Positions 29,861 through 38,493 of a stretch of DNA of 55,983 nt are shown here, in pieces. Below the pieces are notes generated by a model, which saw only the letters and a program-made list of their open reading frames with translations, did no database searches and was not told the DNA's origin. The stretch spans positions 1 through 55,983 of the forward strand of contig JANXCA010000003.1 of the NCBI GenBank assembly GCA_025060535.1, read 5' to 3'. This DNA is from Endomicrobiia bacterium. Its GTDB lineage: Bacteria > Elusimicrobiota > Endomicrobiia > DTEH01. A program made the position numbers and the translations under genes. Positions within the stretch are counted from its first letter, which is position 1; each line of letters opens with the position of its first letter.

Positions 29861-31489
29861 TTATCTTTGTGCTGCACCCTTGTAAACAATGGTTATTATC
29901 ACATCATCATAGTCACGATCAGAAGTTGGCAAACTAACAGGCATATCTTCTAAGAAATATCTAATTGTGTTTTCTGAAACTTTTCTTACACGAACTTGTT
30001 GTGTATCGGTTGTATAAATAGTCTGATACAAAGGAACACCTCTATCTAAACCCCATTGATTTGCAGTAATATGCCAATAGAATAGAAATTGCTCCGGAGG
30101 CACAGCATAAGGTCCTAATCTTATTACTTCACTTCTTGCAAGTCTTGCATTTCTTATAAGAAGTCTATTCTCAGGATAAGCAAGATAAAAGTCATGAGTA
30201 AATCCTGATTCTCCATTAAATTCTACTGCTATATAAATTTCAGAAATAGGATTTTCTTGAGAGCCAAGTGGAGCATCTGGTTTATAACTTACTTGTCTGT
30301 TGGCGATAGAGGTAGTATCTATGGCAGAAGGAGTATTAGTAACCATAGGTCCTGATTGGGAAGATTGAGCAGCACCTACTATAGCTGTACCTTGTCCACC
30401 ACCGGGAGCAATAGAAATACCAGGACCACTACCAGGTCCGGTTCCTGTACCGGAAAATCCAGCTCCTCTGCCTTGCCTACCAGCACCGGGACCTGTGCCT
30501 TGATTTCCAGACCCTGTTCCAGTTCCATATGGGAAAAATCCTACTCCAGTACCTCCACCTCTTCCAGTACTGCCACTTTTTTGTTCTCCTATTCCTGTAC
30601 CTGTAGCTACACCATCCGGTCTTCCAACATCTGAATAGTCACCAGGCACTGCTAAACCAACAGTGTTTCTATCACCAGCCATCTGAGGTGCCATTTTCAT
30701 ATTAGAACCACTTATTGGAGCATTAATAGAAGTTCTTGGTTGCATTGGTACTCTAAAATCACTCCTTACTTTAGTTTCTTTTACTGCTATTTGAGTCTTG
30801 GGTACAAATATCTCTCTAACTTGAGTTCTTAAATTTTGAAGAGGAGTAAATACCTTGTTTACTTGTTTTACCTGTGCCTGTTTTATCATTAGCTGTTGCT
30901 GCAATTTAGGAGATGACATTCCTCCTCCCTTTAGCCCTTCTAAACCTTCAGAACCAGCATCTGGACGTTGTTCCTCTCTTTTCATTTGAATCTCTTGCTT
31001 TTTTATTTCTATAGGCTGGTTTGTAATAATCTTTGTGACAAATGTTGGAGTAGTAATTGATTGTTGAAGAACTATGATATTTAAAAATAAAAGCAATAAT
31101 AACAAATGTATTCCAGTAGAGATAATATAAGATCTGTTATCATGGATAAATTTTTTAAGTTTTGCTGAATTTATCATTTTAAACACCCCCTTTTTTTGTG
31201 CAATAACTGGTATAAAAGGTTTTGGATTTGATTGTTTTTGTTTGCTTTTTAGAAGTAATAAATGGAGTTTATTATCAAAATTAATAGGTAAAGGTATTTG
31301 TAAGCTTTTTAAATTTTTTAGAATTTTTATATAGATATTATATTCATTTTTACAAGATGAACACTTATCTATATGAGATAATAACTCCTTATACTCATCT
31401 TTGTATTTTTCTATATATTCTGTTTCATTTAGTAATAAACCATCTAATACTTTATGTATTAAAATTTTAACTTCACTACATTCTATCAT
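29861..31489 (-). CDS. Zinc-finger (zf-HC2/ZAS) transmembrane anti-sigma factor with Gly-rich linker and C-terminal DUF4114/LecB-like domain
   Basis: C...HIDKCSSC motif; TonB-like TM (STGIHLLLLLL); long G/T/S/P-rich linker; C-terminal LEDMP...SDRDYDDVIITI. Lies directly downstream of an ECF sigma gene. Confidence 0.75.
   Translation of the reverse strand: MIECSEVKILIHKVLDGLLLNETEYIEKYKDEYKELLSHIDKCSSCKNEYNIYIKILKNLKSLQIPLPINFDNKLHLLLLKSKQKQSNPKPFIPVIAQKKGVFKMINSAKLKKFIHDNRSYIISTGIHLLLLLLFLNIIVLQQSITTPTFVTKIITNQPIEIKKQEIQMKREEQRPDAGSEGLEGLKGGGMSSPKLQQQLMIKQAQVKQVNKVFTPLQNLRTQVREIFVPKTQIAVKETKVRSDFRVPMQPRTSINAPISGSNMKMAPQMAGDRNTVGLAVPGDYSDVGRPDGVATGTGIGEQKSGSTGRGGGTGVGFFPYGTGTGSGNQGTGPGAGRQGRGAGFSGTGTGPGSGPGISIAPGGGQGTAIVGAAQSSQSGPMVTNTPSAIDTTSIANRQVSYKPDAPLGSQENPISEIYIAVEFNGESGFTHDFYLAYPENRLLIRNARLARSEVIRLGPYAVPPEQFLFYWHITANQWGLDRGVPLYQTIYTTDTQQVRVRKVSENTIRYFLEDMPVSLPTSDRDYDDVIITIVYKGAAQR
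31175..31190 (-). promoter_or_regulatory. Internal in-frame RBS + ATG (Met105) in the anti-sigma gene
   Basis: AAGGGGGTG-tttaaa-ATGATA uses the same SD as the true start (AAGGGGGTG-aaaaaca-ATGATA, 31505-31484). Confidence 0.55.
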
Positions 31490-31509
31490 TGTTTTTCACC
31501 CCCTTCATA

Positions 31510-31540
31510 ATTATAGATACCACAAAAAGCAAAAATGTTC
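31510..31540 (-). promoter_or_regulatory. Candidate ECF-type promoter upstream of the anti-sigma gene
   Basis: tGAAC-N19-TCTATAAT between the sigma stop codon and the anti-sigma SD; a similar motif occurs at 50356-50387. Confidence 0.4.
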
Positions 31541-32093
31541 ACTCTAAAAAATCCAACAAATTCTCTTTTTCACAAAGTTGCTTGAGGGTTTTCCTGGCGT
31601 TAAAAAGTCTGGATTTTACTGTGCCTATGTTTATATCTAAAATCTCTGCTATTTCCTGATATTTTTTGCCCTGAATATCATGAAGAATTAGAACAATCTG
31701 AAGTTCCTCAGGTAATTTTGAAATAATTTTTACAAGCTTGGAGATTATCTGTTGGTGCGTTATATTTTCTTCTATTTTTTTAACCTCATCTACATCTTTA
31801 ATTTCTTTATCTTCTATAGAAACATTCTCTGCTGAAAGTTTTTGGGATAGTTTTAAAATAGTATTATAGGTAATCTTATATACCCAAGAAGAAAATGAAC
31901 CTTTAAAATCAAATGTGTCAATTTTTTGAAAAATCCTAATGATTGTTTCCTGAGCAATATCTTCTGCTGTGTTTATATCTAACACTTTTAAAAAGGCAAG
32001 ATTAAAGATATCATTTTTATATTTCTTAATCAGTTCTTCAAAAGCTTCAATATTTCCCTGTTGAGCAAGAAGAATTAACTGCTTTTCTTCCAT
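31539..32093 (-). CDS. ECF RNA polymerase sigma factor (RpoE/SigW-like)
   Basis: AQQGNIEAFEELIKKY, AEDIAQET, SFSSWVYKITYN, YQEIAEILDINIGTVKSRLFNAR. Confidence 0.95.
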   Translation of the reverse strand: MEEKQLILLAQQGNIEAFEELIKKYKNDIFNLAFLKVLDINTAEDIAQETIIRIFQKIDTFDFKGSFSSWVYKITYNTILKLSQKLSAENVSIEDKEIKDVDEVKKIEENITHQQIISKLVKIISKLPEELQIVLILHDIQGKKYQEIAEILDINIGTVKSRLFNARKTLKQLCEKENLLDFLE

Positions 32094-32207
32094 ATTTTAA
32101 AAAATACAAAAATAAAAAATAAAAAACAAGATAATTAAATAATTTTTTTACTTTATTTTTACATTAATTTGATTAATTATTATATATTAATTAACAGGTA
32201 AGACTCT

Positions 32208-33635
32208 TCATAAGGGCTCTCTACATCTTACACAAAATCTTTCTCCTTTTAAATTTTCAGCACCGCAATTAGGACAAATTATCATCTCTTGTTGGAGAGT
32301 TTCTTGTTGAAGTTTTTCTGAGAGTATGAAAGTTTTTATAGGTGATTCTATTTTGTTTTCTTTTTTGTCGATTCCTACTACAAAACAATTATACTTACCA
32401 GGAGAAATATATTTGCCTTCATCTGTTTTTAAATCCCAAACTATTTGTTGTTGTTGAGTATTGTAGTAAAATTTTTTTACTACTTTTTGTTTGTTGTCAG
32501 CAATTATTAGCTGCCAACCAATTATTGGTGTTGAAATTTCTATTTTAAATGTAATATCTTTGTCTTCTTTTCTTATCACTTCTTTTGAAATTTCAAGATT
32601 TATAACCTGTGGCTTAAGTGATTTTACAATTTCTTCTTTTAGTTGTTGGGTGTCTCCATATTTAGCTACCTTCTGTTTTTCTAAAGTAAAAGTGCCTTCT
32701 TTTTGAGAAACCTGTTTATTAAAATCTATAAGGAACGAAACAAAGTGATGGCCTGCGGTATTAACTATTTGAGTTATAGGATAACTAAAACTGTAATTTA
32801 AAACTATACCTCCAAATGAGACAGGAATTCTATAACCAAAACCTAAAGAAGCTTCAGCTGAACCATTTAAATCATAATTTCCTCCAGCTCTTATACTAAT
32901 ACCTTCGGTAGGGAAATTTTTTTCTAAACCCAAATTCATTTTTAATATATCATCATAGTTTATATCTAAACCCATTATAAATGTTTTAGTAGGAAAGATT
33001 CCAAATCCAGTGTTTATTTTTAATTTTAAGTGGTCTTTTTCATCAGGATTTAGTGCTAAATTAGGTTGATTAAGATTTTGCGCTGATACTCCTAAAGAAA
33101 TTTTTTCTTTTTTATATAAAAGTCCTATGTCAAAACTAAAGTCAGATACTTTGCTTCCATAAAGTGTAAAATATGTATTGTTAACTATTTCATCTGTAAC
33201 AGTGTAAAACTTTCCTAAATATTTCAAATTAACACCTAAATATAAAGGAGATGAAATTTTATTAGAATATGTAAGAATCGCTATATGTTCTTGATATAGA
33301 TTTGATATATTGAAGTTTGAGTAAGATAATCCTAAACTGCCAACTTTTTTAAAAGGATAACACATACTTATATATCCACTTCCTAAAGTATCAGTTTCAG
33401 TAAGTAGCATCCATAAAACCTGATAACCTAATGAAATTTGAGGAGCTGAAAGTGTATGCAGCCCAGCTGGGTTATAATATATACTATCAACACTATCTGC
33501 TACTCCACATACTACATCGCCCATAGCTTTTGTTCGCGCAGAATGACCAACAAATTCATTAAATGAATAGATACTTTCTACCAACAAAAATAGTCCTGAC
33601 AGTATAGTTAATTTCAACTTAATGAATAATTTCAT
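32208..33635 (-). CDS. PorP/SprF- or PorV-like beta-barrel fused to a FlgD-Ig domain and C-terminal zinc ribbon
   Basis: Signal peptide; SARTKAMG...DSIYYNPAGL; NLNQPNL; barrel end GHHFVSFLIDF; then WDLKTDEGKYISPGKY (FlgD-like) and CPNCGAEN...RFCVRC. Confidence 0.75.
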   Translation of the reverse strand: MKLFIKLKLTILSGLFLLVESIYSFNEFVGHSARTKAMGDVVCGVADSVDSIYYNPAGLHTLSAPQISLGYQVLWMLLTETDTLGSGYISMCYPFKKVGSLGLSYSNFNISNLYQEHIAILTYSNKISSPLYLGVNLKYLGKFYTVTDEIVNNTYFTLYGSKVSDFSFDIGLLYKKEKISLGVSAQNLNQPNLALNPDEKDHLKLKINTGFGIFPTKTFIMGLDINYDDILKMNLGLEKNFPTEGISIRAGGNYDLNGSAEASLGFGYRIPVSFGGIVLNYSFSYPITQIVNTAGHHFVSFLIDFNKQVSQKEGTFTLEKQKVAKYGDTQQLKEEIVKSLKPQVINLEISKEVIRKEDKDITFKIEISTPIIGWQLIIADNKQKVVKKFYYNTQQQQIVWDLKTDEGKYISPGKYNCFVVGIDKKENKIESPIKTFILSEKLQQETLQQEMIICPNCGAENLKGERFCVRCREPL

Positions 33636-33649
33636 AAAATTTTCTTATC

Positions 33650-36600
33650 CTACCTAGCTACTATAATTATTCCTCTTAGAATTTTATTACCAACTTTTAT
33701 TTCATAGACATAAGGACCAGCAGGTACTACTTCGTTGTTTTTATCTTTTCCATCCCAGATATAAATAAAATCTTTTTTCTCTATTGTTAATTTATCAGTT
33801 ATTAAATTACCCCTTAAGTCATATATTCTCGTATATAATACTTGCTGTTTTTGTGGATTACTTATATAAATAACAGATTTATTGTAATTATTGTCTTGAG
33901 AAGTAGGTGTGATTATTTTAGGCTTTATACTTTCTATCTTTATCTCTGTGTCTATAAGTTTTTCTCGTTTTAGTGAAAATAATCCTATGTCTACTGTGTT
34001 GATTTTGATTATATTATATGTCTTAATTAGTTCTACATCAGAAATGCGGATTGTGTCTTTGGGGTTTAACCAAAGATATATTTGAATTTCATCTAAGGGA
34101 TAATTTTTTACCAAAAAGTGTATTGAAATACCAGGATTTTCAAATTTTTTATAAAATTTCAAAGATGTCTCATATCCATAAAGATTAATTTCATAAGAAG
34201 AAATATATCCACTAATAGTTGTTTTGTTTATGTTGATTATTAAATCTTCATTAAATTCATTTGTTGTTTTGTATAATACAAAAGATAACTGATAAGGTAT
34301 TTCTACCTTTACTTCCTTATCGTCAGAAATAAATATCACTGTTCCATTTGAATCTACATACATTTTGACTAAACTTTCTACATTTAAAGAATTAACTGCT
34401 TTCACTGTATAGTAAGAAATTTTGTTTGGTTCGTAGTAAATGTCTGTAAACTCAACAGTTTCTGATGATACTTTTGCTAAAAATGTTAAATTATCTAATG
34501 AAAGTGTGCTTTTGTAAATATTATAAGCTACAATATCATCAGCCAAAGACCCGTCTTGGTTTTTTAAAACTTTTGACCAAGCAATAGTTAAAGAATTTTG
34601 TGTTTTTTGTTTTAATCTTATCCCAGCTACATAATGAGGAACTTTTGAAGGTCTTGGAATATAAATAGAAACTCTATTTGATAGTCCTGAAGTATTTCCA
34701 TAGTCATCTATTGCTCTTATTATAAAATATATTGTTGTGTTATATGGAAGTCCTGAAATAATAATGTTTTGAAGTTCTCCAGGAGCTGTAGTTGTGGATA
34801 TTACAATTCTACTATTTTGTGGTATTAAATCCCAACTATAAAGAGGATTATCAGTCCATCTTATTTCAAACTTTCCATAGAAAGTTTTTTGATTACCATT
34901 ATCTCCTGGAGAGGTCCAACTTAAATTTACACTCCCAGGGATTTCAGAAAGAGTTACTCTTAAATCTTCAATTTTAGCAGGAGGTATTTCATCATAGGTG
35001 CCTGTAGAAAATTTGATTTCTTCTGATGGGATATCTTGTTGATTATATGACCAAATTTTAAAGAAGTATACACTATCTTGTTGTAAAGTTACATTTAGTG
35101 GCAGTTGATTTATTGTAAAATTATCTTCTTTGTCTTTAATCTTAACATATGTAATATCATCAGTAGACATATATATAGCATATCTTGTGTAGACTGGATT
35201 AGCATTAGATGAAAAAATCAACATATAATTAACAGAGGAAATCCATATTAGTTGTATTTGAGAAGGTGGATTAGAAAAAGTAAAAACTTGAGATTGAATA
35301 TATGAAGGTGGACTATTTCCTACTTGATTACTTAATATAATATAGTTTACTTGCGAAGAAGTGTTTGGAGATAAATTTTTTTCTATGAACTCTCCAGTGT
35401 TAGAAACTATAGTATCTATAAAAATTTCATAAAGTAGAGATCCTTTTGAATCATATATTAAGGCTTTAGTAACATTTAAAGAAGTATATTTCCAACTCCA
35501 CAAAATAGAGGTAGTTGAAATCGCTGTACCTATAAAATTCTCAGCTTTTAATGGTATTGAAATCTTAGGAACAGCAGAAATGATTGCAGGTTCACTTTCT
35601 AACACATATGGACCTAAATCAACAGCAATTATTTTAAAAGCATATAATCTATCATTTTCTAATCCTGATATACTTAATGTTGTTGAGGTGGTTTTAGAAA
35701 TTATGGAACCATCATCCCATAAAATATCAGAGGTACTATCACAATAAACCACAAAATGAGAAAAATCTCTTACAGTAGAAAAATTATAACTCCATTGTAA
35801 AATTACTCGTGTATCTAATTCTACTACAGTCAAATTTGAAACTTTAGGAGGGGGTTCATCAAAAGCCATAGCGTAGTTGTTTGGGTTGTTGTTTAAATCT
35901 CTACTCCAGCTACTTAAAAGGCCTGCATTATCTTTTACTTTTATGGCAAAATAATAAGTAACCCCAGGAGTTAAATTAGATATAACTAATGACTGAACAC
36001 TTCCAGCAACTGCTGGAGGTGGAATTATAACAGGACTAAATTCTGAAAGGAGTTTTGCATTTTCGAAGTCCTCTTCATTTTCTATGTTTGAAATTGTGGA
36101 AACTTTAATTATATACTCTTTTGCCTGTCCAACATATCCATTATCACCTACAGCTGTCCACACAATTCTTAATTCACCCTCTTTTATTCCAAAGAAATAT
36201 CCCTCTGCTTTAAGGTCTGTTATAGGTGCAGGTGGTTGTGGTTTTGCATAGGTTGAAAATATATCTGATGGTTCTGACCAGTTTTCTTCATTTTCATCTC
36301 TTAACCATATTCTTATATAGTAGGTTGTGCCTTCTATGAGATTTGAAAGTATATTTGTTTGAAATGAACCTGCGACAATATTGGTAGAAGCTTCTATTTG
36401 GTATCTTGTTGAAACATCATTCCAACCTATAGACGATGTCCAGTCTACTTGAGTAAATGTTGCATATCTTATTCTATACATACCATTTAAAATGTTTCCA
36501 GTATTACCATTGTCTCCTGTAGCTTGCCAAGTTAGTGTGATTTGTGAGGCAGATGGTCCTGGAGTTAAAGAAACATTTTGTATTTTTGAAGGAGGTGTTG

Positions 36601-38326
36601 TATCTTGTGTTGCTTTAGGATAGGAAGATGTCTGGTTTGAAGGTTGCGACCAGTTGTTGGAGTCATCCCTTAACCATATTCTAAAATAATATAAAACTCC
36701 TTCTATTAAATTTTGTATAACGATTCTTTGTGATTCAAATGGAGTGGTATTTGTTGACCATACTAACTCATATTTGTTTTGGGGATCCGACCAGGTTCCT
36801 GAAGTCCAAAAATTAGGATCTGATGAGACATAAGTAGAATATCTTAGTCTATATTGACCACCAGTTATTGGACCACTGTTACCATCGTCTCCTGTAGCTG
36901 ACCAGGTTAAAGTTATTTCACCTGGATTTACTCCTGGTTGGGCTTGAAGATTGTTAATAGCTGAAGGTGGAGTTGTATCCGGCGGTGTATAACTATAAAG
37001 AGCAACCATTGCAAAACTCTGATGCGGATTTGTGGCACGCGATAAATATGATTCTAAATCTTGTTTACTACTAAACTGATGAGTGTAGCAATCAAAATCC
37101 CAAGCATTAAGTGTTCTGCCTGTGTTAGCTAAAACCTGAATTGTTGAAGATGCTGTCCCTTGGATACGGGTAAGTGTTCTAAGATAAACACTATTATAAC
37201 TGATACCTGAGGTTCCAGAAACAGGATAAAGGTCAGTAAAATCATTTCCAGTCCATCTTCTTGCTAAAAGTCCAGCTTGATTATAACTACCACCGCTTTG
37301 GATCCAACTTACTACAAGATAATGACTTTCATGGCCATCAGTTAGTTCCCAATCACCATCTATTTGGTAATAACCCGCACTTCCACCATTTGGATTCATT
37401 GAATACTGGGGTCCCCAGGAATTATTATCTCCATTCCATATTCTAAACCGAGTATTGCCTGAGCCTTGAACATTATAACATACAAGAATTTCATTACCAG
37501 AAGGTTTTGGTTTAGCTGAGATATGATTTGGTGAATCGCCACCACCATTAATAGGGTTAGACCAACTACTTCCATTCCAAACTCTTGCATTTACTCCTAA
37601 GGCATTATAAATTATAATTCCATCTCCAGAAATACTTTCATATGTAACTGTTACACCTTCTCTAGCATCACTATCAGAAACTCCTCCAGTTGTAACCTCG
37701 ATGTTATAATCAGTCACAAAACCGCGAATAGGACCACTTGACATCCAAACACTTGCGTATGCTCTTCTGTGGTCTTTATTTTGATAAACCATTATCACTT
37801 CTTCTCTTGTAGGACATGCTGCAAGTGTAACCCACCAAGGAAGACGTCCATCATTATGAAGATTACCTACATCTCTTACTTTTTCCCAAAATATGCCGTT
37901 CCAGATTGTATATTTTAGTGCTGTGGTCCCGTCTGAATAAACAATTATTGCGTGGCCATTTTTTGTATAAACCACATCAAACCATCTTGAATCAGAGTTA
38001 CCACCTGAACGAATAATTCTTGGGGTTTCTCCCCAACCACCAGTAGATGTCCAGGTAGAACAATAAAGAGTACCGGAGTTATCTAAAGCAAGCACCATTA
38101 CTTCAGGCCTTGTAGGACAGGCAGCAGCACGAATAAAGTTTATTGGTGTAGTAATTCCGGGAACTTGTTCTTCTGAAGAAAATCCTGATTGTGTATCGTA
38201 AATTCTATATTTTAGACCTGTATTGTCTCCATATAAAACTATGCCAGCCGGTGCTGAATAAAGAAAATCTGAAAAGAAAATTATCACTATAAAAATTAAT
38301 AAAAATGTGTTTATTTTTATTTTCAT
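33650..38326 (-). CDS. Large secreted surface protein: propeller-like N-terminus, ~8 FN3-like repeats, type-B-like CTD
   Basis: Signal peptide; repeated AACPTR.EV and W(N/T)G..W blades; D..PP..I..L...W.A.GD.G FN3 repeats; C-terminus PKIITP...IYDLRG...WDGKDKNNEVVPAGPYVYEI...GIIIVAR. Confidence 0.8.
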   Translation of the reverse strand: MKIKINTFLLIFIVIIFFSDFLYSAPAGIVLYGDNTGLKYRIYDTQSGFSSEEQVPGITTPINFIRAAACPTRPEVMVLALDNSGTLYCSTWTSTGGWGETPRIIRSGGNSDSRWFDVVYTKNGHAIIVYSDGTTALKYTIWNGIFWEKVRDVGNLHNDGRLPWWVTLAACPTREEVIMVYQNKDHRRAYASVWMSSGPIRGFVTDYNIEVTTGGVSDSDAREGVTVTYESISGDGIIIYNALGVNARVWNGSSWSNPINGGGDSPNHISAKPKPSGNEILVCYNVQGSGNTRFRIWNGDNNSWGPQYSMNPNGGSAGYYQIDGDWELTDGHESHYLVVSWIQSGGSYNQAGLLARRWTGNDFTDLYPVSGTSGISYNSVYLRTLTRIQGTASSTIQVLANTGRTLNAWDFDCYTHQFSSKQDLESYLSRATNPHQSFAMVALYSYTPPDTTPPSAINNLQAQPGVNPGEITLTWSATGDDGNSGPITGGQYRLRYSTYVSSDPNFWTSGTWSDPQNKYELVWSTNTTPFESQRIVIQNLIEGVLYYFRIWLRDDSNNWSQPSNQTSSYPKATQDTTPPSKIQNVSLTPGPSASQITLTWQATGDNGNTGNILNGMYRIRYATFTQVDWTSSIGWNDVSTRYQIEASTNIVAGSFQTNILSNLIEGTTYYIRIWLRDENEENWSEPSDIFSTYAKPQPPAPITDLKAEGYFFGIKEGELRIVWTAVGDNGYVGQAKEYIIKVSTISNIENEEDFENAKLLSEFSPVIIPPPAVAGSVQSLVISNLTPGVTYYFAIKVKDNAGLLSSWSRDLNNNPNNYAMAFDEPPPKVSNLTVVELDTRVILQWSYNFSTVRDFSHFVVYCDSTSDILWDDGSIISKTTSTTLSISGLENDRLYAFKIIAVDLGPYVLESEPAIISAVPKISIPLKAENFIGTAISTTSILWSWKYTSLNVTKALIYDSKGSLLYEIFIDTIVSNTGEFIEKNLSPNTSSQVNYIILSNQVGNSPPSYIQSQVFTFSNPPSQIQLIWISSVNYMLIFSSNANPVYTRYAIYMSTDDITYVKIKDKEDNFTINQLPLNVTLQQDSVYFFKIWSYNQQDIPSEEIKFSTGTYDEIPPAKIEDLRVTLSEIPGSVNLSWTSPGDNGNQKTFYGKFEIRWTDNPLYSWDLIPQNSRIVISTTTAPGELQNIIISGLPYNTTIYFIIRAIDDYGNTSGLSNRVSIYIPRPSKVPHYVAGIRLKQKTQNSLTIAWSKVLKNQDGSLADDIVAYNIYKSTLSLDNLTFLAKVSSETVEFTDIYYEPNKISYYTVKAVNSLNVESLVKMYVDSNGTVIFISDDKEVKVEIPYQLSFVLYKTTNEFNEDLIININKTTISGYISSYEINLYGYETSLKFYKKFENPGISIHFLVKNYPLDEIQIYLWLNPKDTIRISDVELIKTYNIIKINTVDIGLFSLKREKLIDTEIKIESIKPKIITPTSQDNNYNKSVIYISNPQKQQVLYTRIYDLRGNLITDKLTIEKKDFIYIWDGKDKNNEVVPAGPYVYEIKVGNKILRGIIIVAR

Positions 38327-38369
38327 TTTTCTTTTTTAACTTTAGTTTTATATTGTCTCTTTATCTATA

Positions 38370-38396
38370 AATATAATTATTTTTTATATATGTCAA
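38370..38396 (-). promoter_or_regulatory. Candidate promoter for the FN3 protein/barrel pair
   Basis: TTGACA (38396-38391), 15 nt, TATATT; the spacing is non-canonical. Confidence 0.35.
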
Positions 38397-38493
38397 CTGT
38401 TTAAAAAAATTTTTTATAAAGCGGTTTAAAAAATTAAATAAGAATTATTTTGATTGAAAATTTATGAAAAGTTAAGTTTTAGGTGTTAACTTA

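Noticed and set aside
30380-30680. GC-richer repetitive stretch as CRISPR, collagen-like repeat or foreign insert
   Set aside because: Explained by Gly/Thr/Pro codons of the anti-sigma linker; no repeat-spacer pattern or Gly-X-Y periodicity.
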